This document shows, in pieces, positions 26,147 to 34,788 of a stretch of 64,000 nt of DNA. Where the stretch lies: the NCBI GenBank assembly GCA_016875015.1, contig VGSJ01000002.1:12465-76464 (forward strand), given 5' to 3'. Position 1 is the stretch's first letter. Each line of letters opens with the position of its first letter. The translations under genes were made by a program, and so were the position numbers. The notes under the pieces were generated by a model, which ran no database searches, was not told where the DNA came from, and worked only from the letters and a program-made list of their open reading frames with translations. Source of the DNA: Deltaproteobacteria bacterium (lineage in GTDB: Bacteria; Desulfobacterota; Desulfobaccia; Desulfobaccales; 0-14-0-80-60-11).

Positions 26147-27813
26147 TGCACCTCAAAAAAACCATCCATGACCTGATCACCGCCAGCGCCAATCGATCCA
26201 AAGAAGCGGGCGAGCTCACCTTTGAGACTATCCCCGCCTTCGAAGTAGAGGCCACCAAACACCCGGAGCACGGCGACCTGGCCGCCAACCTGGCCCTGGT
26301 CCTGGCCAAGCAGGCCAAGATGCCGCCCCGGAAGGTGGCCGAAGTCATCATCAACCACCTCGCGGCCCCGGAGGGCATGCTCCTGAAAATGGAGATCGCC
26401 GGACCCGGCTTCATCAACTTTTTTATCGCCGACAGCTATTGGCGCCGGGTGATATCGGAAATTCACCGGCTGGGTCCGGCTTACGGCAACAGTGAGATGG
26501 GCGCAGGCGTCAAAGTCCAGGTGGAGTTCGTCAGCGCCAACCCCACCGGGCCGCTGCACATCGGCCACGGCCGGGGCGCGGCTTTAGGGGATGCCCTGGC
26601 CAATCTGCTGGCCGCCGCAGGTCATACGGTGGAGCGGGAATACTACATCAACGACGTGGGCAACCAGATCCTCACCCTGGGAAAATCCCTTTATTTCCGT
26701 CTGCGGGAGCTTTCTGGCGAAGCGGTGGAGTTCCCGGCGGACGGCTACCAGGGCGGCTACATGAAAGACCTGGCCCGGGACTATCTGGCCCAGGGCCAGG
26801 CCGCGCCTGGGCCGGAACCCCATGCCGACGACCTTTTGCGCCTGGGCCGTTACGCCGGCGACGTAATCCTGGATGAAATTAAGCAGGACCTGAACGACTT
26901 CGGGGTACGCTTCGACCACTGGTTCAGCGAAACCGAACTCTACCGCCAGCATCTGGTGGACCAGAGCTTTACCCTGCTTCAAGAGCAAGGGTATCTCTAT
27001 GAGCAAGACGGCGCCCTGTGGTTTAGGGCGACAGAGTTCGGGGACGAAAAAGACCGGGTGGTGCGGCGCAGCAACGGGGCCTTCACCTACTTCGCCTCGG
27101 ATGTGGCCTATCACCTGCACAAATTCCGGCGGGGCTTTGACCGGGTGGTGGATATCTGGGGGGCCGATCACCACGGCTATGCGCCCCGGCTCCAGGCCGC
27201 GGCCCAGGCCCTGGGGTTCACCGGCCGCCTGCAGGTGATCCTGGTGCAGCTGGTGTCGCTGTTGCGTCAGGGTGAGCCCGTGGCCATGACCACCCGGGGG
27301 GGCACCTTTGTCACCTTGCGGGAGGTCATGGACGAAGTGGGCAAAGATGCGGCGCGTTTCATTTTTCTCACCCGGCGGCCCGACGCCCAACTGGAGTTCG
27401 ACCTGGAAGTGGCCAAACAGCAGAGCAGCGACAACCCGGTCTATTATGTCCAGTATGCCCACGCCCGGCTGGCCTCGGTGTTCCGCCAGGCCGCGGCCCA
27501 GGGGATCGAGATCGAAGAGCTTGACCCGGCCCGATTCTCCCGGCTCATCCTGCCGGAGGAGTTGGCCATCCTCAAGATGCTGGCTAATTATCCGGAACTG
27601 GTGGAGGGGGCGGCCCGCAATCGGGAGCCGCATCGGATCACTTATTTCTTGACTGAACTGGCCGCCCAATTGCATAGTTATTATTACAAACATCGCTTTA
27701 TCTCTGACGATGTTGAGCTGACCCAGGCTCGCTTCTGGCTGGTGAGCAGCGTGAAAACCGTTTTGGCTCATGGTTTGGCAATCTTAGGGGTGGAGGCCCC
27801 GGAAACCATGTAA
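26146..27813 (+). CDS. argS: Arginyl-tRNA synthetase
   Basis: SANPTGPLHIGHGR (HIGH motif). Full-length class I ArgRS with a C-terminal DALR domain. The ATG overlaps the upstream TAA (TAATG). Confidence 0.95.
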   Translation: MHLKKTIHDLITASANRSKEAGELTFETIPAFEVEATKHPEHGDLAANLALVLAKQAKMPPRKVAEVIINHLAAPEGMLLKMEIAGPGFINFFIADSYWRRVISEIHRLGPAYGNSEMGAGVKVQVEFVSANPTGPLHIGHGRGAALGDALANLLAAAGHTVEREYYINDVGNQILTLGKSLYFRLRELSGEAVEFPADGYQGGYMKDLARDYLAQGQAAPGPEPHADDLLRLGRYAGDVILDEIKQDLNDFGVRFDHWFSETELYRQHLVDQSFTLLQEQGYLYEQDGALWFRATEFGDEKDRVVRRSNGAFTYFASDVAYHLHKFRRGFDRVVDIWGADHHGYAPRLQAAAQALGFTGRLQVILVQLVSLLRQGEPVAMTTRGGTFVTLREVMDEVGKDAARFIFLTRRPDAQLEFDLEVAKQQSSDNPVYYVQYAHARLASVFRQAAAQGIEIEELDPARFSRLILPEELAILKMLANYPELVEGAARNREPHRITYFLTELAAQLHSYYYKHRFISDDVELTQARFWLVSSVKTVLAHGLAILGVEAPETM

Positions 27814-27914
27814 TACCGTGTTCCCTTTGAAATGAAACAAACCATCCAGATAACCTATTGATATCTCTCGTAGGGGCGGGTTTCAAACCCGCCCCTACAA
27901 AACGAACACGGTAT
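27813..27914. repeat. 102-nt inverted-repeat-bounded element (reference copy)
   Basis: ATACCGTGTTC ... TGAAACAAAC ... GTAGGGGCGGGTTTCAAACCCGCCCCTAC ... GAACACGGTAT. The 11-bp ends are perfect. It starts at the last A of the argS TAA. Confidence 0.8.
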
Positions 27915-27933
27915 AAATCGGTGGGAGAATCGT

Positions 27934-28767
27934 TTGCGGCGACAATTGCGATTACCAGGTTTCCAGAAGAGACAACCCGATGGAGGTGAAGTGGAGACAG
28001 GTCGGGGGAAAAAGGGCAAAAAGGCCGGCTGGCATTTGACCCTGGGGGTCAGGGACGCCATCTTCGCCGGGATCGGCTTGGTGGGTTTGCTGCTGATAAG
28101 TTTCGCCCTTGGAGCCCTGGCCGGACGTGGAGATATCTACCGGGCGGCTTACTCCTGGGGGTTGTTGACCCCTGATGGGGCCAAGGTGGCCCAGTGGATG
28201 CCGGCGCCCGGCCCCCCGGCGGCGGCCTCCGCCGGGACGCCGGGAACCGCGACCTCGACTACGGTGGCAGCCGCCGTGGCGCCACCTCCGGCGCCGGGGG
28301 CCGCGGCGCCGGCGCGGCCGAGTCCGGTAACCGGGTCCATCGCGCCCCTGCCCCCTCCTGCCGCGGCTAAGAAAAAGGGCAAAACCGGGACCGGGACCGC
28401 GCAACGCGACCGCAAGTCCCAGGAAGAAGAACTGCGACAGGTGCGTCAGGAAGTAGTCCCGAAGCTCAAGTTTCAGAATAGTTTCGACACGGGCATAAAG
28501 CCCCGGCCGCCCAAAGCCAAAGACCATGATAAGGCCCAGGCCGCCCAGGTGCGGGTAGCCGACTATCGGACCGACAAGGAGGCTCAGGCTAAGGTGGCCG
28601 AATTGCAGAAAAAAGGCGTCAAGGCGACCCTTAAAAAAACCAAAGACTCCAAAGGGACCTTGTATATCGTCTATAAACCGACGAGCCCCGCTCCGCCAGG
28701 CGCCGAGAAGCTGGTCCAAAAGCCGGAAAAAAGCCGCGGCGCCACCCCCAAACCCAAAGTCGAATAG
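27934..28767 (+). CDS. SPOR-domain membrane protein
   Basis: One TM helix (AIFAGIGLVGLLLISFALGALAG), an Ala/Pro-rich linker, and a C-terminal SPOR-like VRVADYRTDKEAQAKVAELQKKGVKATL..TLYIVY. TTG start with GGGAGA SD. Confidence 0.75.
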   Translation: MRRQLRLPGFQKRQPDGGEVETGRGKKGKKAGWHLTLGVRDAIFAGIGLVGLLLISFALGALAGRGDIYRAAYSWGLLTPDGAKVAQWMPAPGPPAAASAGTPGTATSTTVAAAVAPPPAPGAAAPARPSPVTGSIAPLPPPAAAKKKGKTGTGTAQRDRKSQEEELRQVRQEVVPKLKFQNSFDTGIKPRPPKAKDHDKAQAAQVRVADYRTDKEAQAKVAELQKKGVKATLKKTKDSKGTLYIVYKPTSPAPPGAEKLVQKPEKSRGATPKPKVE

Positions 28768-29270
28768 CCTTGCCGCGGCAGTTCCGAGGGCAGGGGAGTG
28801 CCGCCGCCAAACCCAATGGACGGCCGCTCATATCCAGGGCCTGAGGATATGCGGGGCGCCGGCCCGGCCCGTCAGCCTCCCTCGTCTGGATTCCACCCTT
28901 CCCCTCGGTGAACACCTTTCTTTTTCATCCCCATGCTTGAGCCACACCCTGAGCCGGATGACCCGGAAAAAGTGGCTGGGGTCAGGAACCAAGAGCCGGG
29001 ACCCTCACCTGCTCTTGCCATTGCCTAAACTTTCAGAAAAATAGCTCCTCAGCCCCTATACTTCTCCCTTTTAACCCCAAGCTTTCGCCGATTAAGCGCC
29101 TGAATTCCTGGCATGGATCGTGCTCTTTACCCAGAGCACAAGCCCAGGGAACCGGACCAGATGCTCCACACCCCCAAGAGTAACAAGCATGACCTTCGGT
29201 TTCCGGCTCAGCGGTTACAGGTGGAGAAAAAGAGTTCACCGGTATAGCCGCCAGTAAGGGAACGCCGGCC

Positions 29271-29945
29271 ATGAAAAAAATCCTCATCGTCATTATCAGT
29301 GTCTTGTTGGCGCCAGGTTTGAGTTTCGGGGCGCCGGCCCGGATCTATGTGCCCAATCAAGGCGACACCGGCTGGCAGACCTATACCTATACTGCCGGGC
29401 CTGAGGGGTTTACCGGCACGGCCGGGTTTGTAGTGAGCAATGCCAAGGATAATTTCGCCTACTCCGAGTTGCTCCTGGATAACCTGGGCCAGGGGGGCGG
29501 GGGCACAAACCAAGGATTCGAACTGGGCGACCTTACAGGATACTTTTTGGCAAGCGATAGCTCCGGCACGAGCTTTGCCACGGTCAGCACCTCGGCAACG
29601 GCAATCAGTGGCAATACCTATACCCCCACCCAGGGTGATTTTTTATGTGTTATCCAAGGGTTATGTAGTGGGGTTCCTACCTCCGGGTTTCGCAATGCCA
29701 CCGGCCAGATCGGCACCGTTGGCTCGATTCTGGAAACGGCCATAACTTTGGCCCCCGGCGAGAAATTTTCCTTTGACTGGGTCTTTCTGGGGAATGACTT
29801 GATTCCTTACAATGACTTCGCCCTGTTTTACCTGAAAGACCCCCAAAGCGGCGCCATCGTGTTTATCGAGCTTCTTGCCCAGATAGGTTCGCCCAGGTTC
29901 CCCATCGCGGCAATTCTCCTGTTGCTGGATGGGGGATCATTCTGA
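29271..29945 (+). CDS. Secreted protein with degenerate PEP-CTERM tail
   Basis: Signal peptide MKKILIVIISVLLAPGLSFG. The C-terminus ...AQIGSPRFPIAAILLLLDGGSF* is a decayed version of the intact tail found 282 nt downstream. Confidence 0.7.
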   Translation: MKKILIVIISVLLAPGLSFGAPARIYVPNQGDTGWQTYTYTAGPEGFTGTAGFVVSNAKDNFAYSELLLDNLGQGGGGTNQGFELGDLTGYFLASDSSGTSFATVSTSATAISGNTYTPTQGDFLCVIQGLCSGVPTSGFRNATGQIGTVGSILETAITLAPGEKFSFDWVFLGNDLIPYNDFALFYLKDPQSGAIVFIELLAQIGSPRFPIAAILLLLDGGSF

Positions 29946-29972
29946 GGGCCTGGCACGGATCAGGCTTTATAA

Positions 29973-30257
29973 AAAAATGCCACCGGGCAGGCCGGCACCG
30001 TCGGCTCGATTCTGGAGACGGGGATAACCCTGGGGGCCGGAGCGCCATTTTCCTTTAACTGGGCCTTCCTGGGGAATGACTTCAGTCCCTGGAATGATTT
30101 TGCCCTGTTTTACCTGAAGGACCCAAACGGCATCGTGTTTTACGAGGGCCTCGCCCAGATAGGTTCCCCGGTCCCCATCCCGGGATCTCTCCTGCTGCTG
30201 GGCAGCGGCCTCCTCAGTCTGCTGGGTTTGGCTCGGAAGGGCAAAAGGCAGGATTGA
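29973..30257 (+). pseudogene. Orphan 3' gene fragment carrying an intact PEP-CTERM signal
   Basis: Hand translation gives KNATGQAGTVGSILETGITLGAGAPFSFNWAFLGNDFSPWNDFALFYLKDPNGIVFYEGLAQIGSPVPIPGSLLLLGSGLLSLLGLARKGKRQD*. There is no start codon and a TAA lies immediately upstream. It duplicates 29694-29945. Confidence 0.7.
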
Positions 30258-30396
30258 TAGGTGGTTATGACCTGAGCCGCGGTAGGGGGCTTATCCGGAT
30301 CATGCCGGCAGAGGCATGACCGGCGATGCTGACCCGGCGCCCGGCGATGGGTTGACAGAAAGAGAAACGTATCCGAAACCGCGGGGAGGGCTGGTT

Positions 30397-30498
30397 ATAC
30401 CATGTTCGTTTTCACATGAAACAAACCCATTGGTGGGGCGGGCCTCCGTGCCCGCCAACGTTCAGAGAGTTTGTTGCGACTGAATATGAACATGGTAT
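30397..30498. repeat. 102-nt inverted-repeat-bounded element, second copy
   Basis: ATACCATGTTC ... TGAAACAAAC ... GGTGGGGCGGGCCTCCGTGCCCGCC ... GAACATGGTAT. The right end abuts the TAA of the minus-strand FmdB gene, giving TAATACCATGTTC on that strand. Confidence 0.8.
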
Positions 30499-30845
30499 TA
30501 CAGGTCCGTCTCGCCCGCGGCGTCACTCCCCTGGCTGTCCATGGCTTCCTCCACCATTTCATCCGCCTCCCCGGGAAAGTCCTCCCCCATCTCCTGGCCC
30601 ATCCTTTTGAGAACTTTGGCGACGCTCTTGGGATCATTCTCATCCATCCCGGACCAGGCCGAGGGGTCGGCCAGGCGTTCCAGGCGGGTTTCTTCGGAGA
30701 GTCGCACATGCACCCGGGAGAGGACCCGTTCCAGGGAATGGCCGCCGCACTGCTTGCACACCGGGACAAATGGGTCTCTCAGATTTAATAGTAAGAAACT
30801 GGAAACTCGTTGACATTCCTGGCAGCGATATTCATAAATCGGCAT
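30498..30845 (-). CDS. FmdB-family zinc-ribbon protein, second paralog
   Basis: MPIYEYRCQECQ...CKQCGG zinc ribbon with an acidic C-terminal tail. Confidence 0.8.
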   Translation of the reverse strand: MPIYEYRCQECQRVSSFLLLNLRDPFVPVCKQCGGHSLERVLSRVHVRLSEETRLERLADPSAWSGMDENDPKSVAKVLKRMGQEMGEDFPGEADEMVEEAMDSQGSDAAGETDL

Positions 30846-30909
30846 GATGTTTCTCCTGGCGCAGTATGCAGCCGCCAGTAAACCTTTCTGACATCCGCCT
30901 CACTGGAGT

Positions 30910-32337
30910 CTAATGCCGCACCCGGACTTTCATTTTTTCCAGACGAGTCAGTTGGGTTTGGACCTCGCGGTAATGGGAGTCATTGGGGGATAAGTTCTTT
31001 AAAGCTTTTTGAAAATGAAACATGGCGGTGGGCAGGGCCTTTACCTTAAGACTATGAAACCCCAGATAATAGTGAGCCAGGCCCATCTGCCCCTTCTCGC
31101 CGTAAAGCGTCCCCAGGTTATAGTAGACTTCGCTGAAAGCAGGATTGAGCTTGTGCACCTTTTCAAACAGGGGTAAGGCCTGATCGCGTTTTTTGCTCTC
31201 CTGATAAATCCGCCCCAGATAGTACAAGACCACGTCGTCCTGGGGATAACGCTGGGAAAGTTCACTCAATTTTTGTAGGGCCTCGGGATACTGATTACGG
31301 TTAAAATAAAAAATGGCCAAATCCCGTTTAATCAGCCGGTTATCCGGGGCAAGCCGCAGGGCCTGCTGAAACGCGGCCAGCGCGGCATCGTGCTGCTCTA
31401 ATTTGGCCAGAGCCAGGGCTCGACCGTATTGAAAGGTGGGATTATTCGTCTCCCGCAGCCCCTCCTGGGTCATTCGCCGCAGGAGTTGATTCGGGTTGCC
31501 GCAGAGCGATGCCAGCTTGATGGTGAAGTATTGGAAATCAGGGTTGTCTCTTTCCGGCGGCAACTCCTTCTGATGTATCGTCAATTGGTGCGAGAGTTCC
31601 ACGATCCGGTTATCCACCCCCGGGTGGGTGCTGAGGTAGACGGGAATCTTGCCTCCTTCCATCCACCGCTGTTTATTCATTTTGCTGAATATGGTCACCA
31701 TGTCCCGGGGATTATAGCCGGCTTTGACCATCCATTTAAACCCCAGGGAGTCGGCTTCCTCTTCATTGTCCCGGCTGTATTTCAGCATGGCGCTTTCCCC
31801 GGCGGCCATGGAACCCACCAGCAGAGGCTGCGCCAGGGCCCCGCCCAGAAAAACCGCCGCCAGCGCCCCAATTAAACTGGCGGCGCTGACCAGCCGGGAT
31901 TTTTTCATCATCTTGGCCATATGCCGGGCATAGACGTGGGAAATTTCGTGGGCCAAGACCGCGGCCACTTCTCCTTCCCGCTCGGCCATGCGAATCATGC
32001 CGGTATGAAGGAAGACATAACCCCCCGGCACCGCGAACGCATTCATCGTGGGGTCAACCACGATGAAAAACTTATAGTGGAAGGGCTGAGGGCCCATTTG
32101 CGCCACCAGTTTCTGGCCCAGTTGATTAAAATATGAGGTAATAAAAGGGTCTTCCACCAGGGGGTAATATTGCTGCAGTTGCAGGAGAAACTCCTCCCCG
32201 ATCTGCCTTTCCTTTTCGAGACTCAATTCCCCGGCCAACGTGTCGAAAAAAGCCCAACCGGACCGGACGGGTCCCACGAGCAGACTCGTAGCCAGGATGA
32301 CAATGGCCACCAGCCTCCATGGAGAACCTTGGTTCAT
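30910..32337 (-). CDS. M48 metalloprotease with TPR domain (BepA/YfgC-like)
   Basis: HEISHVYARH (HExxH), N-terminal signal/TM segment, C-terminal TPR repeats. Confidence 0.85.
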   Translation of the reverse strand: MNQGSPWRLVAIVILATSLLVGPVRSGWAFFDTLAGELSLEKERQIGEEFLLQLQQYYPLVEDPFITSYFNQLGQKLVAQMGPQPFHYKFFIVVDPTMNAFAVPGGYVFLHTGMIRMAEREGEVAAVLAHEISHVYARHMAKMMKKSRLVSAASLIGALAAVFLGGALAQPLLVGSMAAGESAMLKYSRDNEEEADSLGFKWMVKAGYNPRDMVTIFSKMNKQRWMEGGKIPVYLSTHPGVDNRIVELSHQLTIHQKELPPERDNPDFQYFTIKLASLCGNPNQLLRRMTQEGLRETNNPTFQYGRALALAKLEQHDAALAAFQQALRLAPDNRLIKRDLAIFYFNRNQYPEALQKLSELSQRYPQDDVVLYYLGRIYQESKKRDQALPLFEKVHKLNPAFSEVYYNLGTLYGEKGQMGLAHYYLGFHSLKVKALPTAMFHFQKALKNLSPNDSHYREVQTQLTRLEKMKVRVRH

Positions 32338-32717
32338 GACGAGATGGTCTCAGGGTCCGGATCGGCGTCGGACAGGGGCTCCAGGGATGAGGTGACAGGG
32401 GATTGGGCGCTGCTGTCGGTGTCTATCTGGGTCTTGGGGATTTCAGACCACAGGTCTTCCAGGTTATAAAATTCGCGCCGCTCCTGCATAAAGATATGGA
32501 TAACCAGGGTATTGTAATCCATCAACACCCACTGTCCTTCTTCAAGACCTTCAACCCCCAAAGGCTTAACCCCGGCCTGGGCCATGGCTTCCTCCACATG
32601 TTGGGCCAGGGCCGTGACGTGCCGGTGGGAACCGCCGGAGCAGAGGATGAAGAAGTCCGCAAACGAACAAAATTTGGTCACTTCCAGGAGCACCGGGTCT
32701 ATGCCCTTGTTGGCCAC
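32334..32717 (-). CDS. rsfS: Ribosome silencing factor RsfS
   Basis: DFFILCSGGSHRHV.A....V.........GVEG...G.WVLMDY..LVIHIF....REFYNLE.LW. The GTG start is probably too short; see findings. Confidence 0.85.
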   Translation of the reverse strand: MANKGIDPVLLEVTKFCSFADFFILCSGGSHRHVTALAQHVEEAMAQAGVKPLGVEGLEEGQWVLMDYNTLVIHIFMQERREFYNLEDLWSEIPKTQIDTDSSAQSPVTSSLEPLSDADPDPETISS

Positions 32718-32790
32718 GATGGTCCCGAAGGCCAGATCTACCAGTGCTGCCGTGGTGAGAAGGGGTGAAGTCGCCGCCGCGCGTTCCTCC

Positions 32791-33468
32791 TTACAGATAA
32801 AGTTTATGATTAATTATATATTCTCGCACGGCCTCCGGCAAGAGGTAGCGGATCGAACGGCCGTGGCGCACCATTTCCCTGATGCCGGTGCCCGAGATGT
32901 CCATCAGGGTAGTTTCCTGCAAGAACACTTTATGCCCGGATGGATGCTGAAAGCCTCGCTCCACCCGGAGGGGCCGAACCAGGGGATGGACTTCCCCGAG
33001 GAGCACTTCTCCCAGCCGCTGGCGGTCGTACCCGGGCCGATCCAACACCACGAAGTGGCTCACGTTGAACAAGTCTTTATAATCCTTCCAGGTGGCGATT
33101 TCCAGGATGGCATCCAGCCCCAGGATAAAATACAGTTCCCACGCAGGCCCCACTTCCTGGCGGATCTGCCGCAGGGTTTCGATGGAGTAAGATCTTCCGG
33201 GGCGCCGCCCTTCCAGGTCGGATACCGACATCACCGGGTGGTCTCCCACCGCCAACCGGCTCATCTCCAGACGCGCCGCGAAGGGGGTGATTCCCTGGGC
33301 AGTCTTGTGGGGCGGATGACCCGCCGGAATAAACCAGAGGCGAGTCAGAGCCAGGGCGGCGCACACCTCTTCCGCCGACCGGAGGTGGCCGTAGTGCATG
33401 GGGTTGAAGGTGCCTCCGAACAGCCCCAGACGCAGGGGAGGCTCAGGTTCTGATTTGCCCGTCGCCAT
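32791..33468 (-). CDS. nadD: Nicotinate-nucleotide adenylyltransferase
   Basis: [16 protein letters not shown] (the (H/T)xGH motif) and the ISGT.IR motif. Confidence 0.9.
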   Translation of the reverse strand: MATGKSEPEPPLRLGLFGGTFNPMHYGHLRSAEEVCAALALTRLWFIPAGHPPHKTAQGITPFAARLEMSRLAVGDHPVMSVSDLEGRRPGRSYSIETLRQIRQEVGPAWELYFILGLDAILEIATWKDYKDLFNVSHFVVLDRPGYDRQRLGEVLLGEVHPLVRPLRVERGFQHPSGHKVFLQETTLMDISGTGIREMVRHGRSIRYLLPEAVREYIINHKLYL

Positions 33469-34699
33469 AGACGATAAACTTGGTGGTGGTCAGCTCTTCC
33501 AGCCCCATGGGCCCGAAGGCGTGCAGTTTGGAAGTGTTGATGCCGATTTCCGCGCCTAATCCGAGTTCACCCCCGTCATTGAAGCGGGTGGAGGCGTTGA
33601 CCAGGACCACGGATGAGTCCACCTCCGTTAAAAACCTCTGGGCCCGGGCATAATCCCGGGTGATGATGGCCTCGGTGTGGTTGGAACTGTACCGGGCGAT
33701 GTGCGACAGGGCCGCATTGAGATCGGGCACCACCTTCACCGCCAAAATCAGGTCCAGAAATTCCGCTCCCCAATCTGCCGCCTGGGCCGGGATCGCCTGG
33801 GGATCGATCTCCCGGGTGCGGGGGCAGCCCCGTAATTCCACCCGGGCCTGGCGGAAGCGGGCGGCCATCCGGGGCAAAAACCCCGGCGCCGCCGCGGCAT
33901 GGACCAGCAGGGTCTCCATGGCGTTGCACACCCCCGGCCGCTGCACCTTGGCATTGAAGCAAACCTCTTCGGCCATGTCCAGGTCGGCGGACTCATCCAC
34001 GAAGATATGGCACACTCCCTTGTAATGCTTCAACACCGGGATGCGGGAATGCTCCGCCACAAACCGGATCAGCCCTTCGCCGCCCCGGGGGATAATCAGG
34101 TCCACCAGCTCGTCCTGCTTCAGCAGTTCCAGGGTGGCTTCCCGGGCCACGCTGGGGATGACCTGCACCGCGGCCTGGGGAGCCCCGGCCTCGGCCAGGG
34201 CGTCCTGCATGAGCTGGCCCAGGGCCAGGTTGGAGTTAAGGGCCTCCTTACCTCCCTTGAGGATCACGGCGTTCCCACTTTTTAGGCAAAGGGCGGCGGC
34301 GTCCACCGTGACGTTGGGACGGGACTCATAAATAAAGCCGATCACCCCCAACGGAATGCGCTGTCTCCCCACTTTCAGGCCGTTAGGCCGCACCCACATG
34401 CCGGTGACGGCCCCCACCGGATCAGGCAGGGCCGCGACTTCCTTGAGCCCCTTGATCATGGAGGCGATTACCTTATCGGAGAGCGTCAGCCGGTCAAGGA
34501 AGGCCGCGGCGTGGCCCTGGGCCTGGGCCGCTTCCACATCCAGGCGGTTGGCCGCCTGAATCTGGGTCTGGCGCTCCTTGAGAAGTTCCGCCACCCGGAG
34601 GATAACCCGGTCTTTGACTTCCCGGGACAGCGTGCCCAGGCGCCGGGCCGCGCCTTTGGCTTCTTGCGCCATATGACGAACCAATTCTGGGATATTCAT
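33443..34699 (-). CDS. proA: Glutamate-5-semialdehyde dehydrogenase
   Basis: Full-length gamma-glutamyl phosphate reductase pattern (..[10 protein letters not shown]...L..KSGNA.ILKGG.EA..SN...). Overlaps nadD by 26 nt. Confidence 0.95.
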   Translation of the reverse strand: MNIPELVRHMAQEAKGAARRLGTLSREVKDRVILRVAELLKERQTQIQAANRLDVEAAQAQGHAAAFLDRLTLSDKVIASMIKGLKEVAALPDPVGAVTGMWVRPNGLKVGRQRIPLGVIGFIYESRPNVTVDAAALCLKSGNAVILKGGKEALNSNLALGQLMQDALAEAGAPQAAVQVIPSVAREATLELLKQDELVDLIIPRGGEGLIRFVAEHSRIPVLKHYKGVCHIFVDESADLDMAEEVCFNAKVQRPGVCNAMETLLVHAAAAPGFLPRMAARFRQARVELRGCPRTREIDPQAIPAQAADWGAEFLDLILAVKVVPDLNAALSHIARYSSNHTEAIITRDYARAQRFLTEVDSSVVLVNASTRFNDGGELGLGAEIGINTSKLHAFGPMGLEELTTTKFIVYGDGQIRT

Positions 34700-34788
34700 G
34701 GGTCCACTCCGTCTAACCGGTTGTTCTGATCATAAAATATCATACTCGGGCTGGATTAAATATCCATCAAATTTAATCCCTCCCAAGT

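Noticed and set aside
26584-27771. 395-aa minus-strand ORF
   Set aside because: It is antisense to argS.
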